Shown here: positions 11,201-20,537 of the stretch, in pieces | How positions within the stretch are numbered: the stretch's first letter is position 1 | Layout: each line of letters begins with the position of its first letter | Made by a program: the position numbers and the translations under genes | The notes under the pieces: model-generated | Told to the model about the DNA's origin: nothing | Seen by the model: only the letters and a program-made list of their open reading frames with translations | Database searches by the model: none | Source of the DNA: a bacterium | Lineage (GTDB): Bacteria; Patescibacteriota; Patescibacteriia; Patescibacteriales; UBA12465 | Assembly (NCBI GenBank): GCA_035400585.1 | Contig: DAOMZR010000002.1 | Coordinates: 145,121-209,120 of the forward strand | Direction: 5' to 3' | Length of the DNA: 64,000 nt

Positions 11201-12980
11201 TATTGTTAAATAAAGCGCTTCCAGTAAATTCAACTAATTTATCGACGTCAGGTTTTATTTCCCAAGTATTTACGCAATTATTTGATAAGTCTAATTGACA
11301 AACTATTAATGTTTGTAATTTACTCTTGTCGTTTATAGAGATTGGAAAAGAGAAGTCCTGACCAGAACTAAGATTACTGCTGTAGTTTGAACTAACCTGA
11401 ACTGAAGGATTTTGATTAGCTATATATATCGGAAAATTTTTGATTGTTTCATATCCAGAAGAATTCTTAACTGAAACTCCAATAATATATCTTTTGTTTT
11501 TTTCCTGAACAGTAGGAGAGTCTATTGGTTGAGAATCACCGGCAATAGTAGATTTTAATAAAATTGTTTCATCAGAATTAGTTAATTCACGAGCTGGATA
11601 TTTGTTTGGCGTCCAACTGGACCAGTTCGATTCAGAGCAATCGGTTATAATTGTATTATCTGGGTAAAGCGGTTTTCCTGGTATGCAACCAGAAACAACC
11701 CAACTAAGTGCTTGATCTCTTGGATCTTTAGCTTTTATATATCCCTCGAAAGAAGTCCCACTATGACCAGTCATTAAGGCTTCTTCGAAATAGGGGTTAT
11801 TATATTGTGGTAATTCATCATCCACTGGAATGTATGGAGGATTAAAGTCATCAGTGTTTTCACCAGATGGCAAGGTAAAAGATTCACCCCAATATTCTGA
11901 TGATTCCATTGGAGAATAAATACTAGCCGATAAGCCCTTCGGATCACTTACATAAGAAAAAACTGAACTGTATTCTGGTAAAACAAAATTAGTATAATTA
12001 ACTGGCTTTTCAGTACTTAAAAACACCGCCTTGTCATTTTCCCAACAAGTTAGAAGATCAAAATTTGAATTTTCATCATAGCAAGAACTTATTCTATTAA
12101 TAGAGTCGGTAACACCGGAAACGCTAATTTGGTTTAAAAATGTTTGCTGCCAACTTGGCCAAGAAGAAATAGCCACATAAGGAACATAGGTTCCGGACGA
12201 TAAAATAGGGTAGTGACCATTTAAGTTTTTATAAGCTTCTAATTTTGTTTTGATTATTTTTAATTTTTCCAATCTTTCCACATCTCTAATCAGCATTGAT
12301 TTTGGACTATCACAAAAAAGATTGTTTGGACAATCAGAATCTAATAAACAAGCCGGGGTATTGACTGGTTCTTTATTATAGTCATCTTCTTTTATTATAC
12401 ATCTGTTTTTTTGGTATATTTTCCCAACAACATTTACTTCCGAAGAGTCATTTAACAGGTGAGCTGAATCCTGCCCAACATAACCGCCACAAATATAACC
12501 ACTGGGACAATCTGTTTCTGACTTACAAATTTTACTAGAAATACTACAATGACCAATTTTATCTTTTAAGTTAGTATTCAATTTCCAATTTTTCAAAATT
12601 TTTCCAAAAATATCGATGGTATTATCATCAGCTTCTTGGTTATAAGAAATTAAATAAATATTAAAATAGATTTTATTATTTTCTAAATCAATATTAGCGG
12701 CTGAAATATATACAGTTCTGCCATCTCGAATTGCCTTATAGCCATCAACTATTAAAGACTGCGGGGATCCAGTAAACCCTTGCATTTTATACCATTGTTG
12801 AATGTTATAATTTTCCGGGTTTGGAATGACACGAATAGCAATAGCATCTGGGTCGTTTTCACCCAAAGAAGAAACACTGTCCTCTGAACTTGGTGCGGCC
12901 AAAACAAAAAGAGGAAGTATTAAAAAAAATAATAATACAAAAAAGCTTTTAAAAAAATTTACTCTCATTTTTTTAAACAT
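8235..12980 (-). CDS. Large secreted surface protein (Cys-rich, Ig/FN3-like and four Listeria-Bacteroides/InlB B-type repeats)
   Basis: N-terminal signal peptide; Cys-rich segments; YYxRAYAxNxxGxxYG FN3-like motifs; four LYAKW-ending repeats; 1581 aa. Confidence 0.75.
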   Translation of the reverse strand: MFKKMRVNFFKSFFVLLFFLILPLFVLAAPSSEDSVSSLGENDPDAIAIRVIPNPENYNIQQWYKMQGFTGSPQSLIVDGYKAIRDGRTVYISAANIDLENNKIYFNIYLISYNQEADDNTIDIFGKILKNWKLNTNLKDKIGHCSISSKICKSETDCPSGYICGGYVGQDSAHLLNDSSEVNVVGKIYQKNRCIIKEDDYNKEPVNTPACLLDSDCPNNLFCDSPKSMLIRDVERLEKLKIIKTKLEAYKNLNGHYPILSSGTYVPYVAISSWPSWQQTFLNQISVSGVTDSINRISSCYDENSNFDLLTCWENDKAVFLSTEKPVNYTNFVLPEYSSVFSYVSDPKGLSASIYSPMESSEYWGESFTLPSGENTDDFNPPYIPVDDELPQYNNPYFEEALMTGHSGTSFEGYIKAKDPRDQALSWVVSGCIPGKPLYPDNTIITDCSESNWSSWTPNKYPARELTNSDETILLKSTIAGDSQPIDSPTVQEKNKRYIIGVSVKNSSGYETIKNFPIYIANQNPSVQVSSNYSSNLSSGQDFSFPISINDKSKLQTLIVCQLDLSNNCVNTWEIKPDVDKLVEFTGSALFNNKLVMVLSILDANKESYSLVIKNKYSINTPNVFNSSHVGTHRFKITAKDPHQAQTSVNFNITFTADVPSIVFNNCSNSVALNNNYSCEISSSKPGEYITVDIIEKPSFLTFSAANKTLSGVANSLGAKTIKAKITNSFGMSSEGTHNFSVFTKPEVETVSHSDVTSNSFKCNGRIISAGGNYVGGRGCVTSPASSNLSIANVSSCASNNGCSYEASISDNSSYIHTLSDLTRNYLYYYRAYAVNQAGISYGATKSFKTRADYPVVTVNQQTLASGNINFSGYLSDNGGGDLVSGSAILAMGFVWSTSASSLETYIGACSLNVNNCILANSPYAIGTFSKGVSVSKFTPGVTYYFKSFAMNRDSYGDRVGVSSDTKTFVLPVAPSISTTNVSNITSSSATSGGTISNPSNVSISECGLIYWSNDSSHFVSETKVVSSSCSGSFSLTMSNLFPGIEYSVKSYITSSFGTVYGSTFPFTTKTTSSVSYNGNGQTGGTAPATQTGDTGTNVTIAGQGGLVKTGYNFVGWNTKTDGTGSNYLPNAVIQIPSTGLILYAKWTPFISTVNLDSQGGTSGTGSVVATYGSAMPTAISPVRSGYSFGGYYNQTGGLGSQYYTNSMSSARTWDMTTSPVTLYAKWTPITYSVIFDKNDASATGTMASQSIISGASANLTLNQFVKPGYSFAGWATSSTGSVIYSNGASYTMGTASVTLYAKWTANTYTISFNADGGSVLPSSKIVTYNSAIGTLPTPTKSGSMFSDWFTGINGTGTRYTSSTIYNQTSNITLYAKWVSAVTLPTVTIAPTSSITTGSAVSGGNVTSDGGATVTERGVVYSKTSTLPTTSTGTKIVSGSGTGAFTSNITGLTPGSMYYVRAYAINSAGTAYSSLVANFTTLSMPRTLTVFINGYEYGSNVSVQENGSYKGNCTDFMCEYTVNNGSTINLEASAYSPTVFENWTGPCFGSQPYCSFTISSDTHVYADFGCYDSGGSYMCFQ
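8840..9765 (-). repeat. Four tandem ~75-aa LYAKW (Listeria-Bacteroides/Flg_new-type) repeats
   Basis: CCATTTAGCATA recurs near 8848, 9069, 9300 and 9540; units show the K/R.G..F.GW...LYAKW pattern. Confidence 0.75.
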
Positions 12981-12987
12981 AAATTTA

Positions 12988-15900
12988 TTAAGATATTTTT
13001 ATTAAAGAAAAGTCATCAATATAAAAATCACTACCGAGAGCAACCGTATCGGCATAACTTAGAGTTATAGCAAATTCCATCATTTTAGTATAATCACTTC
13101 TTAGCCATAAAGACATTTTGTCATTATATTCAAAAGTTTGAAAATAAGTTTGCCAGTCAACATAGTTGCCAGCCAATATATTTTTAGAAACAACGCCGGT
13201 ATAGCATTTAGTTTGAGCTGGTGATTGAACACAACAATAATTAGCTTGTTCTGAGCAAGGATATCCTCTTCCGCTAGCACAAGGATTTTGTCCCTCAAGA
13301 GGTGTCGGACTGAGCGCTCCATTTAACCAGACAAATGGCGATCTCAGGGCTGTTGGAGAAGACATGGCCATACACTGGCTAGACCAGCCAGAAGAGGGGG
13401 AAATATTAACAGTTATTTCTCCAACAGAATTACCTTTATAGTTAAACTTAACTGCGTATTTTTCGTTTTGTTTAAAATTCAAAGACAAAAGATTATATTT
13501 TAAACTAGCCCAAACAACTCTATTGGTATTCATCCAACAAAAACTCTCTCCTTCTTGATATATGGCTGGGGCTGTTTTTTTACAATCATCAGCATTGCTA
13601 AATCTGCAAGTTTTGTTTACATTGTCCCAAGTGCAACCAGACATGCTACTACAAAGAGCCTGGCCACATTTGCCAGGATAAACGTGTCCCGATTCTTGTT
13701 TAATCAGAACGCTTTTGTTTCCGGAGTTACTAGTCAAATTGCTAACCCCAATTGAAGAATATGTTTTCAGGGATTTTGACCATCCCGGTGGCAAACCGCT
13801 AATATCAACCGATTCAAAATCAATATTGTCAAATATATACTTAAACAAACTCACCGTTGGATCATTAAAATAAACAAAAACCTCTGATGATTTTTCACTT
13901 TCTTCTCCAGCTGGATTGATGGAACTTATAACAAAATAGAAAGTATCGTTTTGAGTTCCGGCCAAGCTGATAGTCACCTCAGTTGAATTATTTTGTGTTA
14001 AAATAGAATTACCATAAACACCAGAAACAGCACCCCTATAAACTTTATATTTAGAAACTTCACTGGCAGGAGCAGTCCAAGAAACTTTTATTAAACGATC
14101 TTCGTGAGAAAGTATTTCAACTTTTGGACTGGTTGGTTTATCGGAAATATTTGAACTAGTCGGGGTAACAGAAACAGTAGAAGAAAAACCAGTTTCAGCT
14201 AAATTTTCACTTAAAGCGGTTATTTTTATTTCATAAGAAATATAATTGGTAAGGTTGCTCAAAGTATAACTACATTTATATTTGTTATCTTCAATAGTGC
14301 AAACATTTGCTGGATCTACAACTTCTTCTTTATAAACACTCTCTTCGTTTGTTTTATAGTAAATTTTATACTTATCAACTAAAGAAGTTTCTGACTCCCA
14401 GATAATTTCAACCTCCCCTCCGTCTCCCGTGTCGTTAGATGAGATAGAATTAACAAATCTAGGAATTCTTTCTTTAAAGAAATAAGCTTCCTTCAAAAAG
14501 TTAGATATACAAAGTCCGCCCGCAGGGCAATCACCATCATTAGAACAAATTCTGCTAGGCAAATTACTACAAGTTCTTATTGGGCTTTCTCCTTTAATAA
14601 TTGCTAAGTTACTTAAAAACGCTGGAAGATCATCACTGGTTGTGTCTTCTCCAGAATCACGACAGTAGTAAAATTCATAATTATAATAACCAAAGGAACT
14701 GTCGGAATCTCTCCAAGGAGACCAAGTTCCATCATTTTTAACTGGCGGCCAAGGATTTTTACAAACAAAAACGTAAGCCATAACATTGCCAGCTGTGTTG
14801 TTGCCATCTAAAATAGTATTGGTATCGTCCATTTTTACTTTAGCAGCTATTGTAGTTTGAGCATCGCTAACATTTTCTTGAACAGCTATTAATCTTTTAT
14901 CACCATTTGTCGACCAAGAAACAACTTCGTCCTTAAATCCCAAAACGTCTTGAGATCCAATTATCCAATCCCAAGTCCAAGAATAGCCTAAGACTGGTTT
15001 TAAAATCTGATTATCTTTTGAAAGAGCATAAGAATAATATGCTTTATCATAATCTTTCTCAGAATCAAAAGTACTGCTATTTGAATCGTTGTCATTCTCT
15101 TTTATACTGTTTGTATTTTCAGGAAATAAATACGAATCTGGTGAAATCAAAACTTTATCAACGCTACATATTCCCCCTTGATCGGCTGGAGTATTCATAG
15201 TCGTAAATGAGAAAACGTGAGAGTTGACAAAATTTAAATTATTAAATCTTAAACGATTATCATCTCCCTCAACCCAGCTGGTATCGGAAATTTTATACCC
15301 ACGTCCGTTCATTCCAACTCCTTGATAGTTAAGTATACCGCTGGTACTGTCAAGCGCGGAATCACCTTTTACAACCACAAAATATTTTGCGCTTTCTTTT
15401 AATAAAGATTTTGGCTGAAAAATAGCCACCGTTGTTCCATCCGGATTATTTCTAAAATCAGTTGTGCCTAAAACAGAACAATAAATCTTGTCGCTAGAGG
15501 TTATATCCCCTACAACTCCAGCCAAGACATCAATTTTAAATACTCTGCTCAAATAATATAAAGGTTTTTTTATTAAATTTTTTAATTTTTCAAAAATAGT
15601 TAAATCGTTTTTGTAGCTTATAAAATATGTACCAGAAGAACAAACTGAGGAGTTTTCTTCTAATAAAAGAATGTTGTCTACAAAAGACATGTTATCCATT
15701 TTTTGATCAAAAGTAATAGAGATTGCTGCATTATGGCAAACTCCTTGTTGTTCGTTTGTCGGAGATGTTTCCGTAATGTTCGGCCTAGCCTGACAACAAG
15801 TATCAAAACCACAACCAACATTTTCTGGGTCTAAACCAGCGCTTGTACAGTCGGTGTCAGAACCACAACCACAACACAAACCTCTTTCTTGTCCAGAGCA

Positions 15901-18900
15901 ACTACCTTTGTCTCTATAACAAGAAAGTTTTTCGTTTATAGCTGAACACTGATCTGTGGCTGCATCAGGATCACAGCAACAAAAACCACAATCAGGGGCA
16001 GCACCCAATAAACCTGTATCAGTTAAACAATCTAATCTATTGCAAACATCGGAACAAACAGTTGTGGTGGTTGAGATATTATTAGCACAACTTTCGCCAA
16101 AACCAGCCGAAGAATCTTTACACGAACTGGTGCATATATCTAATTTCAGATATTTGCCGGTTGTGTTTGGATAATTAATGGCACAAAGATTATTGGTTGT
16201 ACTACAATCATATCTTTTACAATAGCCAACACTGCCACTAGTTTCGCCCACTTCAAACCTATCGCCAGAAGAACAAACAGAATATTTAGCATCCCAACAA
16301 CAACTATTATTAGAGACACACTCTGTAGCTGATGTTAGTTGTTTACAATTTTCATTACAAGATTTATCACAAGATTCTTTTGTTTTATAATCGCCAACAA
16401 CAGAAATGTTGTTGGAGCAAACTGTTGGATCCGAAGAGTCACAACTATAATAAGGACAATAGCCAATACTCGGAGAGCTACTTCCCCAAACAGAACTATC
16501 ACTAGCACCACCACGACAAACTCCCTCTACCTGATCCCAACAACAAGTCGTGTTATGTGCTTTACAAGAATCTTCACCTAAAGATGTACAATCCAAACAA
16601 GCACCAGTTGGATATTGTGTATTAACTTCACAATATTTTCCACTAGTACCAACACAATTACAAGCAAGATCATTTACCTGTGGTTGATTTTCGTCTATAT
16701 TACAACCACTGCATACGCCAAAATTTGTATTTTCAGTTCCAGGATTAGCACTAATTCCACAAGAATAAGAACAAACCAAAGGAGAGCAACAGGCAGGATT
16801 TCCGGTGCTAGTATTTTTATCTATTTCACAACAACATTGACAGGCGGGTTTGTCCGCCTTGATACATTTGTCATTAATACAGTTAGATCCACTAGGACAT
16901 AGCTTAGGAGAGGAACAAGTTCCGTCAGTAGAACAAACTGAATCACCAGAACAGATAGAACAAGTTGACGGTGATTCAATAGAAGCTACATCAATACATT
17001 TTCCACTAGAAATCATCGTCCATTGAACTCCATCAATTTTTGGACATAATGTATTTACAGATATTTCATAAAAGCTTTTTTCGCCAACCCCTTCTAGAGA
17101 ATATTTTTTACAAACAGCAATTTTGTTTTCCACACCAACGCCTTCTCCTAAATCATAGGAAACTGTTTTTGAACATGTCTGACCAGTAACAACACATTTA
17201 TCCGATTCCGCTAAATACTGGCAACTTTGACCATTGGTGCCACAATAAGAAAAAGAGGAGCAGTCTTGTTTGCAAACACCGACCTCAATTAAATTTTCTC
17301 CATTATATGAAGAACAAAGACCAGGGGAGTTTGGACAAACATAGCCCGTTGGACAAAAATTATAACTAGCACAACTAAAAATGTTGTCGTCTTCTTCTAT
17401 GTCAGTTGAATCAAAGCCAGTGTCAAATCCCCATTCAAAAACAGAGCTTTCTGGAGAACCGCTCAAACAATCATTAACATTAACGACACAAGCCCCTGGG
17501 TTAGTGGTTTGAGAACCACAACAAATTTCTCCGCTTAAACAATCTGAATTACTGGAACAAGATTTAACATTAAAATTTAAGCCATTACCAAGTAGCCCTC
17601 CTCGAGAAATTTTAACCGGACCAGTAATAGAATCTAAGGCCACTAGAGACTCTGATTTATCAGCTCCATCCTCAGAAACAACATTCAAATTGTTACTTGT
17701 TTTATTAAAATTAAAAATCGCTTTTGTGTCTTTTCCGCTTTCCTTAAAATATTCTCCCCAAAAAGAAACTTTTGTTGTGCCAGCTGGTCCGGAGTAAGGA
17801 CTAATTTTGCACAAACTTGGAAGAAGTGGGTAAGTGGAACTAGCCACAAAAGAATCTGTTGAAAGGATATCTTCCCATGTTCCTATTTTAAGTTTCAATT
17901 TATAATCAGAATTATTATAATCAATATTTTCTGGAACTTTTACTATTATTTGATCATCTTTCCAAACGGAATGCAAACAAACTAAAGGAAAATCAAAGCT
18001 AGCATTTATATCGCTACCATTATAAAAATAAACTTGACTATCACCTCTGCTGGCCCCAAACCCTGAACCATAAATACTAACATACTGACCGGACTTGCCA
18101 ATACTTGGCTCAAAAAAAGATATAGATGGTGCTTTTGGTGGTTCTGGTAATTTTTTAAAATCGATAAAATTACTTGGAACACTTGATGTTAGTTTTTTAG
18201 CAAAAGTACTAGTGTCTCCAGTTTTTAAATTTGGGGCAATTATTGTACCCGAAAGATCATTATTAAAAACATTAGGAGTAAAGCCAGAAACATTATTAGA
18301 ATAATTACCAAAATAAGCTTTACTATCATTAAGATTAACTCCATAATATAAAACTGAATCATTGGCCTTGGCTTCGGCTGGATTTATTCTACATAGCCCG
18401 GGGCGACTGATCGAATTTATTTTTATTGGAACAACCTGAGGACCATTTTCATCATCGCTACGATCTCTTTTTCCAGAAGCAGTAACAACCTCAACTGCAA
18501 CATTATCTGAAGGATTAAACCCGGTTGGAACCGCTACTATTATTTGAGTATTAGACCAAGTGTTTCCACAATAAGAATTAACCGAAGAAGGCATTATTCC
18601 GGCAACAAGAGAGTTGTTTGCTTGATTAATAAAATTAACACCAGAAAGAATTTCATTGTATTCGTCAAAATTATAGCCTTTAATTGTTACAAAATTTCCA
18701 GTGGCAGCATTAGGTGTTGTTATGTCACAAATACCGCTGGAACAATCATCATCTTGAGCACAAACTTTATTAATGTCATCTTGGCAAAAACCACCCAAAG
18801 GATTTATTCCTGTTACAACTGGACTGCCAGCACAAACACAAGACTCGCAAGTTAATCCATGACTTGGATTACAAATGCCTTCGCTTTGACAAGCTCCTGT

Positions 18901-19683
18901 TAATCCATCACCACAAGGTTCTCCTAATTCAGAAAAATTTTCTTCTTCTTCGCTAGGAGATTCGCAGGTGCAAGTATTAGCATTACAAACTAAATTTGGG
19001 TTTGAACAAGTTGGCTCAGCCTCATTATCACAAACACCGTTTGTTGTTTGACCGCAAGGATCACCAACCCCTTCTTGTACACATTTACATTCGTTATTAC
19101 AAAAAAGATTAGAATTACAAAGAGTGTTATCAGGAAGACAAGAATTTCCCAAACCAGAACTACACCACGAACCCTCACTTCCGGGTAAACAACTAGATCC
19201 AACACAAACTCCCCATTTATTATCAGAACAAGTTGAAATTCCTCCACAACCACAAGATTTGATGGAACCACTTTCACAATAAGTACTGCTGTTTATTCCC
19301 GTTGCATCACCTAACTGATTAAAAATTAAAGTTGTTATTCCCCAGGCAGACAAAATAATAGCCAAACCTATGGCACCCGATTTTAATATTCCCTTGGCTT
19401 TCGTTATTTTTTCTTCATTACCCTCCGACCTCATCCAAACAAAACCGCCGTAGATAACTATAGCTACGGCAATTATTCCTAAAATACTAAGAGAAACATT
19501 TATTATTTGTGAGGCTATTGTTCTGGGATCTCTGTCTGATAGATTTAATTCATTACCAACAAAACCTTGACCAAAATTATCTCCTTCTGAAGCCAAAACA
19601 TTAAAACTAAAAACACCAAAAAAAAGAAATAATAAAAGCAGAAAAAACGAAATTTTTCTTGAAATTTTTTTTCTATCAAACAT
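12988..19683 (-). CDS. Giant Cys-rich surface protein with N-terminal TrbC/VirB2-like pilin region, IPT/TIG, Ig-like and FN3 domains
   Basis: IINVSLSILGIIAVAIVIYGGFVWM..G.EEKITKAK.IL....IGL pilin-like motif; IPT-like G.YV.I.G.GFG..W.D.QI.VKVP; Ig-like P......GVC.N..I.I.F.Q.M; many CC/CxC clusters; ATG at 19683 preferred over 19719. Confidence 0.75.
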   Translation of the reverse strand: MFDRKKISRKISFFLLLLFLFFGVFSFNVLASEGDNFGQGFVGNELNLSDRDPRTIASQIINVSLSILGIIAVAIVIYGGFVWMRSEGNEEKITKAKGILKSGAIGLAIILSAWGITTLIFNQLGDATGINSSTYCESGSIKSCGCGGISTCSDNKWGVCVGSSCLPGSEGSWCSSGLGNSCLPDNTLCNSNLFCNNECKCVQEGVGDPCGQTTNGVCDNEAEPTCSNPNLVCNANTCTCESPSEEEENFSELGEPCGDGLTGACQSEGICNPSHGLTCESCVCAGSPVVTGINPLGGFCQDDINKVCAQDDDCSSGICDITTPNAATGNFVTIKGYNFDEYNEILSGVNFINQANNSLVAGIMPSSVNSYCGNTWSNTQIIVAVPTGFNPSDNVAVEVVTASGKRDRSDDENGPQVVPIKINSISRPGLCRINPAEAKANDSVLYYGVNLNDSKAYFGNYSNNVSGFTPNVFNNDLSGTIIAPNLKTGDTSTFAKKLTSSVPSNFIDFKKLPEPPKAPSISFFEPSIGKSGQYVSIYGSGFGASRGDSQVYFYNGSDINASFDFPLVCLHSVWKDDQIIVKVPENIDYNNSDYKLKLKIGTWEDILSTDSFVASSTYPLLPSLCKISPYSGPAGTTKVSFWGEYFKESGKDTKAIFNFNKTSNNLNVVSEDGADKSESLVALDSITGPVKISRGGLLGNGLNFNVKSCSSNSDCLSGEICCGSQTTNPGACVVNVNDCLSGSPESSVFEWGFDTGFDSTDIEEDDNIFSCASYNFCPTGYVCPNSPGLCSSYNGENLIEVGVCKQDCSSFSYCGTNGQSCQYLAESDKCVVTGQTCSKTVSYDLGEGVGVENKIAVCKKYSLEGVGEKSFYEISVNTLCPKIDGVQWTMISSGKCIDVASIESPSTCSICSGDSVCSTDGTCSSPKLCPSGSNCINDKCIKADKPACQCCCEIDKNTSTGNPACCSPLVCSYSCGISANPGTENTNFGVCSGCNIDENQPQVNDLACNCVGTSGKYCEVNTQYPTGACLDCTSLGEDSCKAHNTTCCWDQVEGVCRGGASDSSVWGSSSPSIGYCPYYSCDSSDPTVCSNNISVVGDYKTKESCDKSCNENCKQLTSATECVSNNSCCWDAKYSVCSSGDRFEVGETSGSVGYCKRYDCSTTNNLCAINYPNTTGKYLKLDICTSSCKDSSAGFGESCANNISTTTTVCSDVCNRLDCLTDTGLLGAAPDCGFCCCDPDAATDQCSAINEKLSCYRDKGSCSGQERGLCCGCGSDTDCTSAGLDPENVGCGFDTCCQARPNITETSPTNEQQGVCHNAAISITFDQKMDNMSFVDNILLLEENSSVCSSGTYFISYKNDLTIFEKLKNLIKKPLYYLSRVFKIDVLAGVVGDITSSDKIYCSVLGTTDFRNNPDGTTVAIFQPKSLLKESAKYFVVVKGDSALDSTSGILNYQGVGMNGRGYKISDTSWVEGDDNRLRFNNLNFVNSHVFSFTTMNTPADQGGICSVDKVLISPDSYLFPENTNSIKENDNDSNSSTFDSEKDYDKAYYSYALSKDNQILKPVLGYSWTWDWIIGSQDVLGFKDEVVSWSTNGDKRLIAVQENVSDAQTTIAAKVKMDDTNTILDGNNTAGNVMAYVFVCKNPWPPVKNDGTWSPWRDSDSSFGYYNYEFYYCRDSGEDTTSDDLPAFLSNLAIIKGESPIRTCSNLPSRICSNDGDCPAGGLCISNFLKEAYFFKERIPRFVNSISSNDTGDGGEVEIIWESETSLVDKYKIYYKTNEESVYKEEVVDPANVCTIEDNKYKCSYTLSNLTNYISYEIKITALSENLAETGFSSTVSVTPTSSNISDKPTSPKVEILSHEDRLIKVSWTAPASEVSKYKVYRGAVSGVYGNSILTQNNSTEVTISLAGTQNDTFYFVISSINPAGEESEKSSEVFVYFNDPTVSLFKYIFDNIDFESVDISGLPPGWSKSLKTYSSIGVSNLTSNSGNKSVLIKQESGHVYPGKCGQALCSSMSGCTWDNVNKTCRFSNADDCKKTAPAIYQEGESFCWMNTNRVVWASLKYNLLSLNFKQNEKYAVKFNYKGNSVGEITVNISPSSGWSSQCMAMSSPTALRSPFVWLNGALSPTPLEGQNPCASGRGYPCSEQANYCCVQSPAQTKCYTGVVSKNILAGNYVDWQTYFQTFEYNDKMSLWLRSDYTKMMEFAITLSYADTVALGSDFYIDDFSLIKIS

Positions 19684-19787
19684 AAAAAAATAAGACAATA
19701 TTTCTAAGATCTCTAGCAATCAAATTTTAACACAATTACAGCAATAAGTAAACAAATTAATTCATTAATTTTTCTTTTTAAAAAATG

Positions 19788-20534
19788 TTAAAAAATGAAC
19801 TTGTCAGCCAAGCTTCTGGCGACCTCTAATTCTTCAGGACTATTAACCCCAACAGCCTCTTCTGGTTCAACCTGAGAAAAACCAATAACAATTTTTTGAT
19901 TAAAAGCTATTTTAATTAAGTCGGTTAAATAATATTCGCTTTGATTATTATTGTTTTTAAGATTAATAATATTCTCAAACAACCATTTTTTATTAAAGCA
20001 AAAAAGGGCAGGATTAACATCTTTTATTTCTTTTATAGAATCTCCGGCATCTTTAAATTCGATTATTTCCTTAATTTCATTGCCGTTTTTAATGATTCTT
20101 CCCCAATAATAAAAATTTTTTCTCCAATCTTCAAAATCATTAACATTAACCGTCATCATTGAAACCTCAGATTTATGATTTTCAATTAATCTGTTTATAG
20201 AACTTTCTTTGTAAAAAGGATGATCGCCGTAAAGAACTATGATGTTTTCAACATTATCTTCTATTAATTCCTTAGCACTTAAAACAGCATGCCCCGTTCC
20301 TAGTTGTTCGGTTTGAATGGCATATTGTATGTCATAATTGTTTAAAGATTCAGATATTAATTTATGATTGTCTGGTGAAACAACCACTATTGGGGGAAGG
20401 TCTACCTTTGATTTTATAACTGAATTTATTAAATATTCTATCATTGGTCTGCCATTAATCGGCGATAAAACCTTTGGAATGTCAGAGTTCATTCTCTTGC
20501 CTTTACCGGCAGCTAAAATAATAACTTTATTCAT
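19788..20534 (-). CDS. glmU: Nucleotidyltransferase, GlmU N-terminal (uridyltransferase) domain only
   Basis: ILAAGKGKRMNSDIPKVL, QTEQLGTGHA, YGD, NNQSEYYLTD, GVNS; no hexapeptide acetyltransferase domain. Confidence 0.8.
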   Translation of the reverse strand: MNKVIILAAGKGKRMNSDIPKVLSPINGRPMIEYLINSVIKSKVDLPPIVVVSPDNHKLISESLNNYDIQYAIQTEQLGTGHAVLSAKELIEDNVENIIVLYGDHPFYKESSINRLIENHKSEVSMMTVNVNDFEDWRKNFYYWGRIIKNGNEIKEIIEFKDAGDSIKEIKDVNPALFCFNKKWLFENIINLKNNNNQSEYYLTDLIKIAFNQKIVIGFSQVEPEEAVGVNSPEELEVARSLADKFIF

Positions 20535-20537
20535 ATT

